A stretch of 64,000 nucleotides of DNA from Escherichia coli (lineage in GTDB: Bacteria; Pseudomonadota; Gammaproteobacteria; Enterobacterales; Enterobacteriaceae): the NCBI RefSeq assembly GCF_003991155.1, contig NZ_CP031293.1; one strand, given 5' to 3'. Position 1 is the first letter of the stretch. Each line of letters opens with the position of its first letter. Below, one piece after another: positions 11,821 to 24,288 of this stretch. Under the pieces are notes generated by a model. The model saw only the letters and a list, made by a program, of their open reading frames with translations, was not told the origin of the DNA and made no database searches. Both the position numbers and the translations under genes were made by a program.

Positions 11821-13182
11821 ATGTTTAAACCGGAACTCCTTTCCCCGGCGGGAACGCTGAAAAATATGCGTTACGCTTTCGCTTATGGCGCAGATGCTGT
11901 TTATGCGGGCCAGCCGCGTTACTCCCTGCGTGTGCGCAACAACGAATTCAACCACGAAAATCTCCAGCTCGGCATCAATGAAGCCCACGCGCTGGGGAAA
12001 AAGTTTTATGTCGTGGTCAACATTGCACCGCACAACGCCAAGCTGAAAACCTTTATCCGTGACCTGAAACCGGTGGTGGAGATGGGGCCGGATGCGCTGA
12101 TTATGTCCGATCCAGGGCTGATTATGCTGGTGCGCGAGCACTTCCCTGAAATGCCGATCCACCTCTCGGTGCAGGCTAACGCCGTGAACTGGGCGACGGT
12201 GAAATTCTGGCAGCAAATGGGACTGACCCGCGTGATCCTCTCTCGCGAGCTGTCGCTGGAAGAGATTGAAGAGATCCGTAATCAGGTGCCGGATATGGAG
12301 ATCGAGATCTTCGTTCACGGTGCGCTGTGCATGGCCTACTCCGGTCGCTGCCTGCTCTCTGGCTATATCAACAAGCGCGACCCGAACCAGGGCACCTGCA
12401 CCAACGCCTGCCGCTGGGAGTACAACGTCCAGGAAGGGAAAGAAGATGACGTTGGCAACATCGTGCACAAGTACGAGCCGATTCCGGTGCAAAATGTTGA
12501 GCCGACGCTGGGCATCGGCGCGCCAACCGACAAAGTGTTTATGATCGAAGAAGCTCAGCGTCCGGGCGAGTATATGACTGCGTTTGAAGATGAGCACGGC
12601 ACTTACATCATGAACTCGAAAGATCTGCGCGCTATCGCCCACGTTGAACGCCTGACCAAAATGGGCGTGCATTCGCTGAAAATCGAAGGTCGTACAAAAT
12701 CTTTCTACTATTGCGCACGCACCGCGCAGGTTTACCGTAAAGCTATCGATGACGCAGCTGCGGGAAAACCATTCGATACCAGCCTGCTGGAAACTCTGGA
12801 AGGTCTGGCGCATCGTGGCTATACCGAAGGTTTCCTGCGTCGTCATACTCACGACGATTATCAGAACTACGAATACGGTTATTCAGTTTCTGACCGCCAG
12901 CAGTTTGTTGGTGAGTTTACCGGTGAGCGCAAGGGCGACCTCGCGGCGGTAGCGGTGAAAAATAAATTCTCCGTTGGCGACAGCCTTGAGCTGATGACGC
13001 CGCAAGGGAACATTAACTTTACCCTTGAGCATATGGAAAACGCCAAAGGCGAAGCAATGCCGGTCGCACCGGGCGATGGTTATACTGTGTGGATCCCGGT
13101 GCCGCAGGATCTTGAGCTAAATTACGCGCTGCTGATGCGTAATTTCTCCGGGGAAACCACGCGTAACCCCCACGGTAAGTGA
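11821..13182 (+). CDS. yegQ: YegQ (TrhP), U32-family peptidase-like protein (453 aa)
   Basis: Full-length U32 family sequence (MFKPELLSPAGTLKNMRYAFAYGADAVYAGQPRYSLR...). Confidence 0.9.
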   Translation: MFKPELLSPAGTLKNMRYAFAYGADAVYAGQPRYSLRVRNNEFNHENLQLGINEAHALGKKFYVVVNIAPHNAKLKTFIRDLKPVVEMGPDALIMSDPGLIMLVREHFPEMPIHLSVQANAVNWATVKFWQQMGLTRVILSRELSLEEIEEIRNQVPDMEIEIFVHGALCMAYSGRCLLSGYINKRDPNQGTCTNACRWEYNVQEGKEDDVGNIVHKYEPIPVQNVEPTLGIGAPTDKVFMIEEAQRPGEYMTAFEDEHGTYIMNSKDLRAIAHVERLTKMGVHSLKIEGRTKSFYYCARTAQVYRKAIDDAAAGKPFDTSLLETLEGLAHRGYTEGFLRRHTHDDYQNYEYGYSVSDRQQFVGEFTGERKGDLAAVAVKNKFSVGDSLELMTPQGNINFTLEHMENAKGEAMPVAPGDGYTVWIPVPQDLELNYALLMRNFSGETTRNPHGK

Positions 13183-13266
13183 TTAATTTCGATTATTTTT
13201 CCCGGATGGAAAATTCTTAGAAACCGATCACATACAGCTGCATTTATTAAGGTTATCATCCGTTTC

Positions 13267-13353
13267 GCTGAAAAACATAACCCATAAAATGCTAGCTGTA
13301 CCAGGAACCACCTCCTTAGCCTGTGTAATCTCCCTTACACGGGCTTATTTTTT
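13267..13353 (+). ncRNA. cyaR: CyaR (RyeE) Hfq-dependent sRNA
   Basis: GCTGAAAAACATAACCCATAAAATGCTAGCTGTACCAGGAACCACCTCCTTAGCCTGTGTAATCTCCCTTACACGGGCTTATTTTTT matches the CyaR sequence as I remember it, including the terminator hairpin and U-run. It has the expected position after yegQ. Confidence 0.85.
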
Positions 13354-13511
13354 ATGCATAAGCCCTATCTCTGGTAACCGTCTTCCATTGACCACATCGA
13401 TAGAATCTCCCTTCATAGCACGATGCCTTTCACTTATTGGCATCGTGCTCGCACAGGTTCCGGTTACGCACAGCCAGAACGCGCATGTTTGACGCTTACC
13501 AAAAAATATTC

Positions 13512-13829
13512 TCACTCTCCACATTTGAATGTCAGACGAGCGACGCCATGTAATCCTGCACCTTCTGTCTTCAATTTAACTATCTGCATTTTTTTGCCCT
13601 GTGTAACACAGAAATGAACTGCATCATTTTTTACTATATTTTCTGCACCAGATATTCTACCCCTGGCTAAAGAAGCTTCGGCTTCGGTGTAGTATTGGTT
13701 ATCGAGTTTACGCTGAATATTACTTTTATATGCAAGACCAAATTTACCGATACTTGTCTCATCATTATGTACAGCACACCCAGACATAAGAAAAACACTA
13801 ATTAATGATATAGCAGCTATCTTTTTCAT
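13512..13829 (-). CDS. yegR: YegR, small lipoprotein-like protein (105 aa)
   Basis: Start MKKIAAISLISVFLMSGC (lipobox) with GGGGAAGG RBS. The longer track ORF (to 13889) lacks an RBS. Confidence 0.75.
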   Translation of the reverse strand: MKKIAAISLISVFLMSGCAVHNDETSIGKFGLAYKSNIQRKLDNQYYTEAEASLARGRISGAENIVKNDAVHFCVTQGKKMQIVKLKTEGAGLHGVARLTFKCGE

Positions 13830-14244
13830 CTTACCTTCCCCCATTAAATACCAACGACACGCTCTGGTGTTTAAATATAATAATGGCATGATTATTATAA
13901 TTGAATAGGATTATAATAAATGTTCTGTACAACATTTCCTACATAAGTAGGAATTACATACACGGATGCCCTTCCGGGTAACCCCATGGGGGGGGGGTAA
14001 TATATTTTTAATAGTAGATTGAAGATGCCACTGTTTAGTTGAATATTAGGTATATGCTCTTTTTTGAAATTTATCGGTGGCTGCCGTTAATATTCGCTGT
14101 TCCCATTGCAAGCTCCTGGTGGTAACCACTGAATCCCCATACCTGAACTGACTTTTTATCCTCCGACTTTCATCCTGTTCTGACTCCACCTTTTCTTTTC
14201 TGCTCTACACTATCTACAGACCAATCATAAAGGCACATACGATC

Positions 14245-15144
14245 ATGGCAGAATTTCCCGCCAGCTTACTGATTCTTAATGGCAAAAGTACTGACAATCT
14301 ACCCTTGCGCGAAGCAATTATGCTGTTGCGTGAGGAAGGAATGACGATCCATGTGCGGGTCACCTGGGAGAAAGGCGATGCCGCACGATATGTAGAGGAG
14401 GCCCGGAAGTTGGGCGTCGCAACGGTGATTGCCGGTGGTGGCGATGGCACCATTAATGAAGTTTCTACGGCGTTGATTCAGTGTGAGGGGGATGACATAC
14501 CCGCGCTGGGAATTTTGCCATTAGGAACCGCCAATGATTTTGCCACCAGTGTAGGGATTCCTGAGGCACTGGATAAGGCGCTGAAACTGGCAATTGCCGG
14601 TAACGCCATTGCAATAGATATGGCGCAGGTCAACAAACAAACCTGTTTTATTAATATGGCGACAGGCGGATTTGGGACGCGTATTACCACAGAAACGCCG
14701 GAAAAATTAAAAGCCGCGCTGGGTGGCGTCTCTTACATCATTCATGGCTTAATGCGCATGGATACTCTGCAACCGGACCGTTGTGAAATCCGCGGTGAAA
14801 ACTTTCACTGGCAAGGTGACGCCCTGGTCATTGGTATTGGTAACGGGCGTCAGGCTGGTGGCGGTCAGCAATTGTGCCCGAACGCGTTAATTAACGATGG
14901 CTTGCTGCAACTGCGCATTTTTACCGGCGATGAAATTCTTCCGGCTCTCGTATCAACCTTAAAATCTGACGAAGATAACCCGAATATTATCGAAGGCGCT
15001 TCGTCGTGGTTTGATATACAAGCCCCACACGAAATCACTTTTAATCTTGATGGCGAACCGTTGAGCGGACAAAACTTTCATATTGAAATACTTCCGGCGG
15101 CGTTGCGTTGTCGATTACCACCGGATTGTCCATTATTGCGTTAA
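14245..15144 (+). CDS. yegS: YegS lipid kinase (DAGK catalytic-domain family, 299 aa)
   Basis: GGDGTINEV motif, and full-length similarity to YegS/BmrU lipid kinases. Confidence 0.9.
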   Translation: MAEFPASLLILNGKSTDNLPLREAIMLLREEGMTIHVRVTWEKGDAARYVEEARKLGVATVIAGGGDGTINEVSTALIQCEGDDIPALGILPLGTANDFATSVGIPEALDKALKLAIAGNAIAIDMAQVNKQTCFINMATGGFGTRITTETPEKLKAALGGVSYIIHGLMRMDTLQPDRCEIRGENFHWQGDALVIGIGNGRQAGGGQQLCPNALINDGLLQLRIFTGDEILPALVSTLKSDEDNPNIIEGASSWFDIQAPHEITFNLDGEPLSGQNFHIEILPAALRCRLPPDCPLLR

Positions 15145-15180
15145 TCAAACTATTCTCTCTTGAACCAGGGAAAATCCGTA

Positions 15181-15214
15181 ATGCCGGATGCGGTGTAAAC
15201 AACTTATCCGGCAT
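15181..15214 (+). repeat. REP element
   Basis: ATGCCGGATGCGGTGTAAACAACTTATCCGGCAT, an imperfect palindrome of REP type between convergent yegS and gatR. Confidence 0.55.
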
Positions 15215-15225
15215 ACAGAACAATA

Positions 15226-16005
15226 CTACACCGTAATTAATTTCACTCGTGTCTTCTGCAATGCCAGTTTATCCACCTCTGACACAGCATCGTCGGTAAT
15301 AATAATGTCAATTTTTTCGATTGGCAGTACCTGATTAAAACCGCGACGATTAAATTTCGATGAATCGAGAACGGCAATCACTTTATTTGCGGCTGTGACC
15401 ATCGCCCCGCTAATCGAATAGCCTTCATTAAAGGTCGTAATACCATTAACCGCATCAATACCATCAGCACCGACAAACATTAAATCGGCATTAATATCCT
15501 GCAATGAACGCTCAGCAATGGAGCCATGCATCGAGCGCGTTTTATGGCGGACCGTGCCACCGCAGACGACCAGAGTAATGTCTTTATTTTCGGAAAGGGC
15601 AAATGCTGCCGGGAGACTGTTGGTAATCACCGTGATATTTTTGGCGGTCATTAATCCTTCGGCGATAAGCATTGTCGTACTTCCGCTGTCGAGAATAACG
15701 GTCATCCCTTCGTGGATCATTTTGACTGCCGCCTGCGCTATTCTGTTTTTTGGCGCGCTGGCGAGCTGAAATCGCTCTTTAAACCCGACTTCCTGGGTCT
15801 CGGTTTCACTATTACCGGACATTATTTTCGCCGCACCGCCATGAAAGCGCGTAACCACGCCTTTTTGTTCGAGAAAGCGCAAATCGGCACGGATTGTCGC
15901 TTCCGAGGCAGCAAATACTCCCGCCAGATCCTGAACAAGCACGGTTCCCTGTTCATTCACTAATTGGATGATCTTATTCCTTCGCTCGAATGAATTCATC
16001 GTCAT
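15226..16005 (-). CDS. gatR: GatR, DeoR-family repressor of the galactitol operon (259 aa, uninterrupted)
   Basis: N-terminal DeoR HTH plus a C-terminal sugar-phosphate-binding domain. Adjacent to gatD. Confidence 0.9.
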   Translation of the reverse strand: MTMNSFERRNKIIQLVNEQGTVLVQDLAGVFAASEATIRADLRFLEQKGVVTRFHGGAAKIMSGNSETETQEVGFKERFQLASAPKNRIAQAAVKMIHEGMTVILDSGSTTMLIAEGLMTAKNITVITNSLPAAFALSENKDITLVVCGGTVRHKTRSMHGSIAERSLQDINADLMFVGADGIDAVNGITTFNEGYSISGAMVTAANKVIAVLDSSKFNRRGFNQVLPIEKIDIIITDDAVSEVDKLALQKTRVKLITV

Positions 16006-16104
16006 TTACCCATATTCAATTGTGGCTAGTGTAAACGAAGGGGGACCATTGGTGAATGATCTGTTTTGCACAATACCGGGCCAGCATCACGCTGGCCCGC
16101 GGTT

Positions 16105-17145
16105 TCAGGGAATGAGCAACACTTTGCCCGGCATAGCATTACGAGCGATGTCACGCACCGCCTGGGCGAAGCTTTCAAAGCTTCCACGGTGAGCGATTAA
16201 TGGCTCCAGGCTTAACTTACGTTCTGTCAGCAACCGACTCGCCGTTTCCCACTCCTGCCCCGGCCAAGGGCTGGAGTAGTTCATCCAACTGCCGATAACC
16301 GTCAGCTCTTTACGTAATATTTTGCCAAACGTTGTCGATGTTAAATGCAGATCCTGATGCAACGTGCCCACCAGCGTCAGCTGGGCATGAGGCCCGGCAA
16401 TCTCTACCGCCAGTTCGACGGTTTGCGGGACGCCAGCCGTCTCGAGGATAAGCTGATTAAAGCGCAGCTCGCGTAAAACGCCCTGCATTTGCGGCGCGCT
16501 CATTTCAAGGCTGTTAAATGTTTGCATCGCACCGAAAGATTTTGCCAGTGCCAGTTTTTCTGAGCTAATGTCGATTGCCGTCACACTCTTTGCTCCCAGC
16601 GCGACAGCGCACTGAATGGCCAGCAGGCCAATGGTTCCGGCACCAATAATAATAACGTTTTTATTCTCACATCCTTGCGCTAAATGGAACGCATGCAGGC
16701 CAACGGTAATCGGTTCAATAAAAGCGCCATCCTCAATAGGCATATCCGCAGGTAGTGCAAAGACATTGTTTCGCTTAACGACAATATATTCGGCAAATCC
16801 ACCATCACGCCGTGAGCCAATAAAATCATATTTTGCGCACTGGGAATAAAACCCTTTCAGACACTCTGGACAAGTAAAACAGGGTAATAACGGCACACAG
16901 GCAACCGCATCGCCGGGGTGTAAATCATCAACACCGGATCCCACCGCATCAATATAGCCGCTAAATTCATGGCCTAACGTTATTGGATAATAATGTGCAC
17001 CATTTTTAAATATCCTGGGTAAATCGGAACCACATAAGCCCGAGCTTGCAATTTTTACCCGCACCTCATCCTGATGTTTAATTTCAGGAATGACGCTTTC
17101 TGCAACGCGCACGATACCATCAGTATCATTCACCACTGATTTCAT
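16105..17145 (-). CDS. gatD: GatD galactitol-1-phosphate 5-dehydrogenase (346 aa)
   Basis: Zn-dependent MDR dehydrogenase motifs (GHEFSG, GAGTIG). Position in the gat operon. Confidence 0.95.
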   Translation of the reverse strand: MKSVVNDTDGIVRVAESVIPEIKHQDEVRVKIASSGLCGSDLPRIFKNGAHYYPITLGHEFSGYIDAVGSGVDDLHPGDAVACVPLLPCFTCPECLKGFYSQCAKYDFIGSRRDGGFAEYIVVKRNNVFALPADMPIEDGAFIEPITVGLHAFHLAQGCENKNVIIIGAGTIGLLAIQCAVALGAKSVTAIDISSEKLALAKSFGAMQTFNSLEMSAPQMQGVLRELRFNQLILETAGVPQTVELAVEIAGPHAQLTLVGTLHQDLHLTSTTFGKILRKELTVIGSWMNYSSPWPGQEWETASRLLTERKLSLEPLIAHRGSFESFAQAVRDIARNAMPGKVLLIP

Positions 17146-17192
17146 AAAAACTCCTGATTGTTAAGGGGGATTACCTCCCCCTCAGGTAAAAA

Positions 17193-18548
17193 TTATTCTG
17201 CGAGAACGGCTTTCTCTTGTTTAATAAAACCACGCGCTCTACGCCAGGTCATGAAAATACCGGTCAGATAAATTGCGCCGATAATAATGAAACCGGGAAT
17301 ATTTTGCGGGGAGAAAACCTGAATCAGTAACCAGGTAATGGGAGAACCGCCCTGATCCATTGAAGCCACCATACCCCCGGCTTTTAACGCGCCCGCATTA
17401 GCCGCCAGTTGGGTGTGCAAACCAATAGTTTGCGTAGCGATCCACAGGGTGATGCTCATAATGATGACACCCGAGATTAAGGTGCGGAACAGATTTCCAC
17501 GATGCACCGCGACCGCCATCGCCACAAAGAAGCCGATGGTGGCAAGGTCGCCAAACGGCAGCACCTGATTACCCGGCACACAAACAGCAATTAAAATGGT
17601 GAGCGGGATAAAAATCAGGCTTGCCGATACCACTGCCGTATGCCCCAGCAACAACGCCGGATCAAGGCCAATCAGGAACTCCTGACCGCCGAACTTCGCC
17701 TGTAAACGACTACGGGCCTGCTTAGCGATGGGCGTTAAACCATCCATGATAGGTTTAATCACCCGTGGCATCAGCAGCATAACTGCCGCCGTTTTTACCG
17801 CCAGCTGCAATACACCTTTGACATCGTAACCCGCAAGGATGCCGATAATCAGCCCCATCACAAAACCCACGGTGACCGGTTCGCCAAAAGGGCCAAATTT
17901 GCGCTGAATATCATCGGCGCTAAATTTAATTCGGTTAACGCCTGGGATTTTCTCGATGATAGCATCGACCAGCACCGCAATCGGCCCCATATACGCCGAC
18001 GTACCGTGCGGAATAGCAATGCCTTCCAGCTCAAAGAAATTTCGGGTATCGCGGGCAAACCAGTCGCCGAGCTTATAAACAAACGCCGCGTGAATTACCA
18101 CACCCGCCATCCCTATCATCCATGAACCGGTTGCCAGATGCAGCAACGCGCCGGTGAAGGTCATATGCCAGATATTCCAGATATCAACATTTACCACCCG
18201 CGTCATACGGGTCAGTAACATCGCCACGTTAACCAGAATCGCAATCGGAATCGCCACCAGCGCAATTTGCGACGCCCAGGTCATGGGTGAAGAGCCCGGC
18301 CAGCCGACATCGACCACATGCAGATTCAGGTCGAAATTTTCCGCCATCGCTTTCGCCGCCGGACCAATGGAATCCAGCATTAAGCCAATCACAAGGCCAA
18401 TGCCAACAAAGCCAATCCCGATATGCAGACCCGCTTTAAAGCAATCGCCTGCCTTCATGCCTAATATTTTAGAAAAAATAATGATGACAATCGGCAGCAT
18501 CACCGTAGGGCCGAGGTCGAGAATATAACGCATGACTTCTGAAAACAT
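17193..18548 (-). CDS. gatC: GatC PTS galactitol EIIC (451 aa)
   Basis: Polytopic membrane protein of the expected length, in operon order. Confidence 0.95.
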   Translation of the reverse strand: MFSEVMRYILDLGPTVMLPIVIIIFSKILGMKAGDCFKAGLHIGIGFVGIGLVIGLMLDSIGPAAKAMAENFDLNLHVVDVGWPGSSPMTWASQIALVAIPIAILVNVAMLLTRMTRVVNVDIWNIWHMTFTGALLHLATGSWMIGMAGVVIHAAFVYKLGDWFARDTRNFFELEGIAIPHGTSAYMGPIAVLVDAIIEKIPGVNRIKFSADDIQRKFGPFGEPVTVGFVMGLIIGILAGYDVKGVLQLAVKTAAVMLLMPRVIKPIMDGLTPIAKQARSRLQAKFGGQEFLIGLDPALLLGHTAVVSASLIFIPLTILIAVCVPGNQVLPFGDLATIGFFVAMAVAVHRGNLFRTLISGVIIMSITLWIATQTIGLHTQLAANAGALKAGGMVASMDQGGSPITWLLIQVFSPQNIPGFIIIGAIYLTGIFMTWRRARGFIKQEKAVLAE

Positions 18549-18551
18549 AGG

Positions 18552-18836
18552 TCACCCCTGTAAGATAGTCAGAATTTTATTTTGTAATGCTTCGATACCG
18601 ACACCAGAAACAAAAGGCATGCCGTGAACTAACGGAATATTGCCAAAACTACGATCTACCCTGGCAGTGGTGCATATCAAATGCACGCCATCCATATAGG
18701 TTTCTATTTCATTAACCCGACACTGGATTAATTCAACAGGAATATTATGACTCTGACACAACTCTTTAATTTCTTCCGCCGCCATCGTAGAGGTCGCAAC
18801 CGCACCTCCGCAAGCGACAATAATTTTGCGTTTCAT
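18552..18836 (-). CDS. gatB: GatB PTS galactitol EIIB (94 aa)
   Basis: [16 protein letters not shown] with the active-site Cys. Operon order. Confidence 0.95.
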   Translation of the reverse strand: MKRKIIVACGGAVATSTMAAEEIKELCQSHNIPVELIQCRVNEIETYMDGVHLICTTARVDRSFGNIPLVHGMPFVSGVGIEALQNKILTILQG

Positions 18837-18866
18837 AAATAGTCCTTTTTATTGTTACAGAGGGAT

Positions 18867-19319
18867 TTATTCGTCTGAATCTAAAACATACTTTGTGAAG
18901 TATTCCTTTAACTGGGTTTCAGGAAGAGTGATTAGTGTCTCGACGATATCGGGCTGTTGTAACTTGCCAAATAAACAGCGTAAAAGTTTCAATTGCTGCT
19001 GCGGATTTTCCACAATCAACGCAATAACCAACGATACCGCCACGTCGTTATCATCATCCGCTTGCTGAAAATGAACTTTATTTGTTGGCCTTAACAGATA
19101 AATGGCTGACGACTTAGCATGAATCGCCTCACAATGTGGTATTGCAATGGCGTGCTGCTCAAGCATTATCCCGGTAGGGAATTCTGCTTCTCTGGCAATT
19201 AATGCCTGTGGCCAGGTATCATGAACCACACCTTTCGCGAGCATCTCATTACCGATATGGGTTAAAACTTCGCTACGATCGACAAAAGAAATTCCGCTAC
19301 GAACAAACAGGTTAGTCAT
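18867..19319 (-). CDS. gatA: GatA PTS galactitol EIIA (150 aa)
   Basis: EIIA(Mtl/Fru)-type sequence with AIPH motif. Operon order. Confidence 0.95.
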   Translation of the reverse strand: MTNLFVRSGISFVDRSEVLTHIGNEMLAKGVVHDTWPQALIAREAEFPTGIMLEQHAIAIPHCEAIHAKSSAIYLLRPTNKVHFQQADDDNDVAVSLVIALIVENPQQQLKLLRCLFGKLQQPDIVETLITLPETQLKEYFTKYVLDSDE

Positions 19320-19328
19320 ATACCGTCC

Positions 19329-21528
<2,200 letters not shown>

Positions 21529-21701
21529 TTAAATGTCGAGATAACGATCACAAAAACGACAATTCGAAAATTAATCAGAATGACAGGCAAAAAAACGGCC
21601 TCCCGATAGGGAAGCCGTAGCAAAGTGCGCGTGTTTTTATGCCGGATGCGACGTAAACGCCTTTTCCGTTATACGGGGTAGTGCTGTTCGTATAAGGCGT
21701 A

Positions 21702-22754
21702 TCAGGCGATAGTAATTTTGCTATCGAGATAAACGTCCTGCACGGCGTTAATCAGTTTCACGCCGTCAGCCATCGATTTCTTGAACGCCTTACGTCCAAG
21801 AATCAGCCCCATTCCGCCAGCGCGTTTGTTGATAACCGCAGTACGCACTGCATCGCTGAGGTCAGTTTCACCGCCCGCAGCACCGCCGGAGTTTATCAAC
21901 CCAGCCCGGCCCATATAGCAGTTAGCTAACTGATAACGCACCAGATCAATCGGGTTTTCGCTGGTCAATTTGCTGTAAACACGATCGTCGGTATAACCGT
22001 AATTAATCGCTTTATAGCCGCCGTTATTTTCCGCCATTTTTTGTTTGACGATATCCGCACCTATGGTCGCCGCCAGATGGTTCGCCTGACCAGTCAGGTC
22101 GGCGGAAACATGGTAATCAACGCCATCTTTCTTAAAGGCGGAGTTACGCAAATAGGCCCACAGCACTGTCACCATGCCCAGCTCGTGCGCACGTTCAAAA
22201 GCCGCAGAAATTTCTTCAATCTGGCGACGTGACTCTTCCGAGCCAAAATAGATAGTCGCACCAACCGCCACCGCGCCCATATTGAACGCCTGCTCCACGC
22301 TGGCATACAGCGTTTGATCGTAGGTATTCGGGTAACTTAGCGTCTCGTTGTGATTAAGTTTGACGAGGAATGGAATGCGATGCGCGTAACGCCGCGATAC
22401 CGATGCCAGCACGCCGTAAGTTGACGCCACACAGTTACAGCCCGCTTCGATCGCCAGTTCAACAATGTTTTTCGGGTCAAAGTAGAGCGGGTTAGCGGCA
22501 AATGAAGCTCCGGCAGAGTGCTCAACGCCCTGGTCAACCGGCAGAATAGAAAGATATCCTGTGCCAGCCAGACGCCCGGTGTTGTACAACGTCTGCATAT
22601 TACGTAACACCGCTGGCGGGCGATTATTGTCAATCATCACGCGGTCTACGTAGTCATGTCCGGGGAGATAAAGCTGGTCAGAAGGAATAGTCATACAACG
22701 GTGCTGTAAAAGGTTGTCGGCGTCTTTGCCAAGCAACTGCGCAATATCTGTCAT
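21702..22754 (-). CDS. fbaB: FbaB class I fructose-bisphosphate aldolase (350 aa)
   Basis: [24 protein letters not shown] start (internal Met of the 374-aa track ORF). DhnA-type aldolase. Confidence 0.92.
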
Positions 22755-23010
22755 TACTATGCTCCCGTAAATTCCGATTGGATATCGGCTATGGATTGTC
22801 CTGGCCCGCCTTTTGCGGGCAATCATAATCCTGGTCGTTACGGGCGAGTTTTTCCATCTTTTGGATGTTTTTTCAGCGTTTTCTGTTGGCTCGATTCATC
22901 AGAAAAAATGTTACAGCGGTCAAGCTTTCACCGCAAAGGTATTTAAAAGGTATTATTAAGTGGTATTGTCATCGCGTACCTTACATTACCTGTCATGAAG
23001 GAATTAAAAG

Positions 23011-24288
23011 ATGAAAACAACAGCAAAGCTGTCGTTCATGATGTTTGTTGAATGGTTTATCTGGGGCGCGTGGTTTGTGCCATTGTGGTTGTGGTTAAGT
23101 AAAAGCGGTTTTAGTGCCGGAGAAATTGGCTGGTCGTATGCCTGTACCGCCATTGCGGCGATCCTGTCGCCGATTCTGGTTGGCTCCATCACTGACCGCT
23201 TTTTCTCGGCACAGAAAGTGCTGGCGGTATTGATGTTCGCTGGTGCGGTGCTGATGTATTTCGCCGCGCAACAGACCACTTTTGCCGGGTTCTTCCCGTT
23301 ACTGCTGGCCTACTCGCTAACCTATATGCCGACCATTGCGCTGACTAACAGTATCGCTTTTGCCAACGTGCCGGATGTGGAGCGTGATTTCCCGCGCATT
23401 CGTGTGATGGGGACTATCGGCTGGATTGCCTCTGGTCTGGCATGTGGATTCTTGCCGCAAATGCTGGGTTATGCCGATATCTCACCGACGAACATCCCGC
23501 TGCTGATTACTGCCGGAAGTTCTGCTCTGCTTGGTGTGTTTGCGTTTTTTCTGCCCGACACGCCACCAAAAAGCACCGGCAAAATGGATATTAAAGTCAT
23601 GCTCGGCCTGGATGCGCTGATCCTGCTGCGCGATAAGAACTTCCTCGTCTTTTTCTTCTGTTCATTCCTGTTTGCGATGCCACTGGCGTTCTATTACATC
23701 TTTGCCAACGGTTATCTGACCGAAGTTGGCATGAAAAACGCCACTGGCTGGATGACGCTCGGCCAGTTCTCTGAAATCTTCTTTATGCTGGCATTGCCGT
23801 TTTTCACTAAACGCTTTGGTATCAAAAAGGTATTGTTGCTTGGTCTGGTCACCGCTGCGATCCGCTATGGCTTCTTTATTTACGGTAGTGCGGATGAATA
23901 TTTCACCTACGCGTTACTGTTCCTCGGTATTTTGCTGCACGGCGTAAGTTACGATTTTTACTACGTTACCGCATACATCTATGTCGATAAAAAAGCCCCC
24001 GTGCATATGCGTACCGCCGCGCAGGGGCTGATCACGCTCTGCTGCCAGGGCTTCGGCAGTTTGCTCGGCTATCGTCTTGGCGGTGTGATGATGGAAAAGA
24101 TGTTCGCTTATCAGGAACCGGTAAACGGACTGACTTTCAACTGGGCCGGGATGTGGACTTTCGGCGCGGTGATGATTGCCATTATCGCCGTGCTGTTCAT
24201 GATTTTTTTCCGCGAATCCGACAACGAAATTACGGCTATCAAGGTCGATGATCGCGATATTGCGTTGACACAAGGGGAAGTTAAATGA
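23011..24288 (+). CDS. yegT: YegT MFS nucleoside-transporter-family protein (425 aa)
   Basis: 12-TM NHS-family (NupG/XapB-like) sequence. Confidence 0.9.
   Translation: MKTTAKLSFMMFVEWFIWGAWFVPLWLWLSKSGFSAGEIGWSYACTAIAAILSPILVGSITDRFFSAQKVLAVLMFAGAVLMYFAAQQTTFAGFFPLLLAYSLTYMPTIALTNSIAFANVPDVERDFPRIRVMGTIGWIASGLACGFLPQMLGYADISPTNIPLLITAGSSALLGVFAFFLPDTPPKSTGKMDIKVMLGLDALILLRDKNFLVFFFCSFLFAMPLAFYYIFANGYLTEVGMKNATGWMTLGQFSEIFFMLALPFFTKRFGIKKVLLLGLVTAAIRYGFFIYGSADEYFTYALLFLGILLHGVSYDFYYVTAYIYVDKKAPVHMRTAAQGLITLCCQGFGSLLGYRLGGVMMEKMFAYQEPVNGLTFNWAGMWTFGAVMIAIIAVLFMIFFRESDNEITAIKVDDRDIALTQGEVK

Noticed and set aside
11779-12852. 357-aa ORF on the minus strand, fully antisense to yegQ
   Set aside because: It lies entirely inside the well-supported U32 peptidase gene. 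It has low-complexity, His/Arg/Val-rich composition typical of antisense frames of GC-rich genes, and no RBS or recognisable domain.
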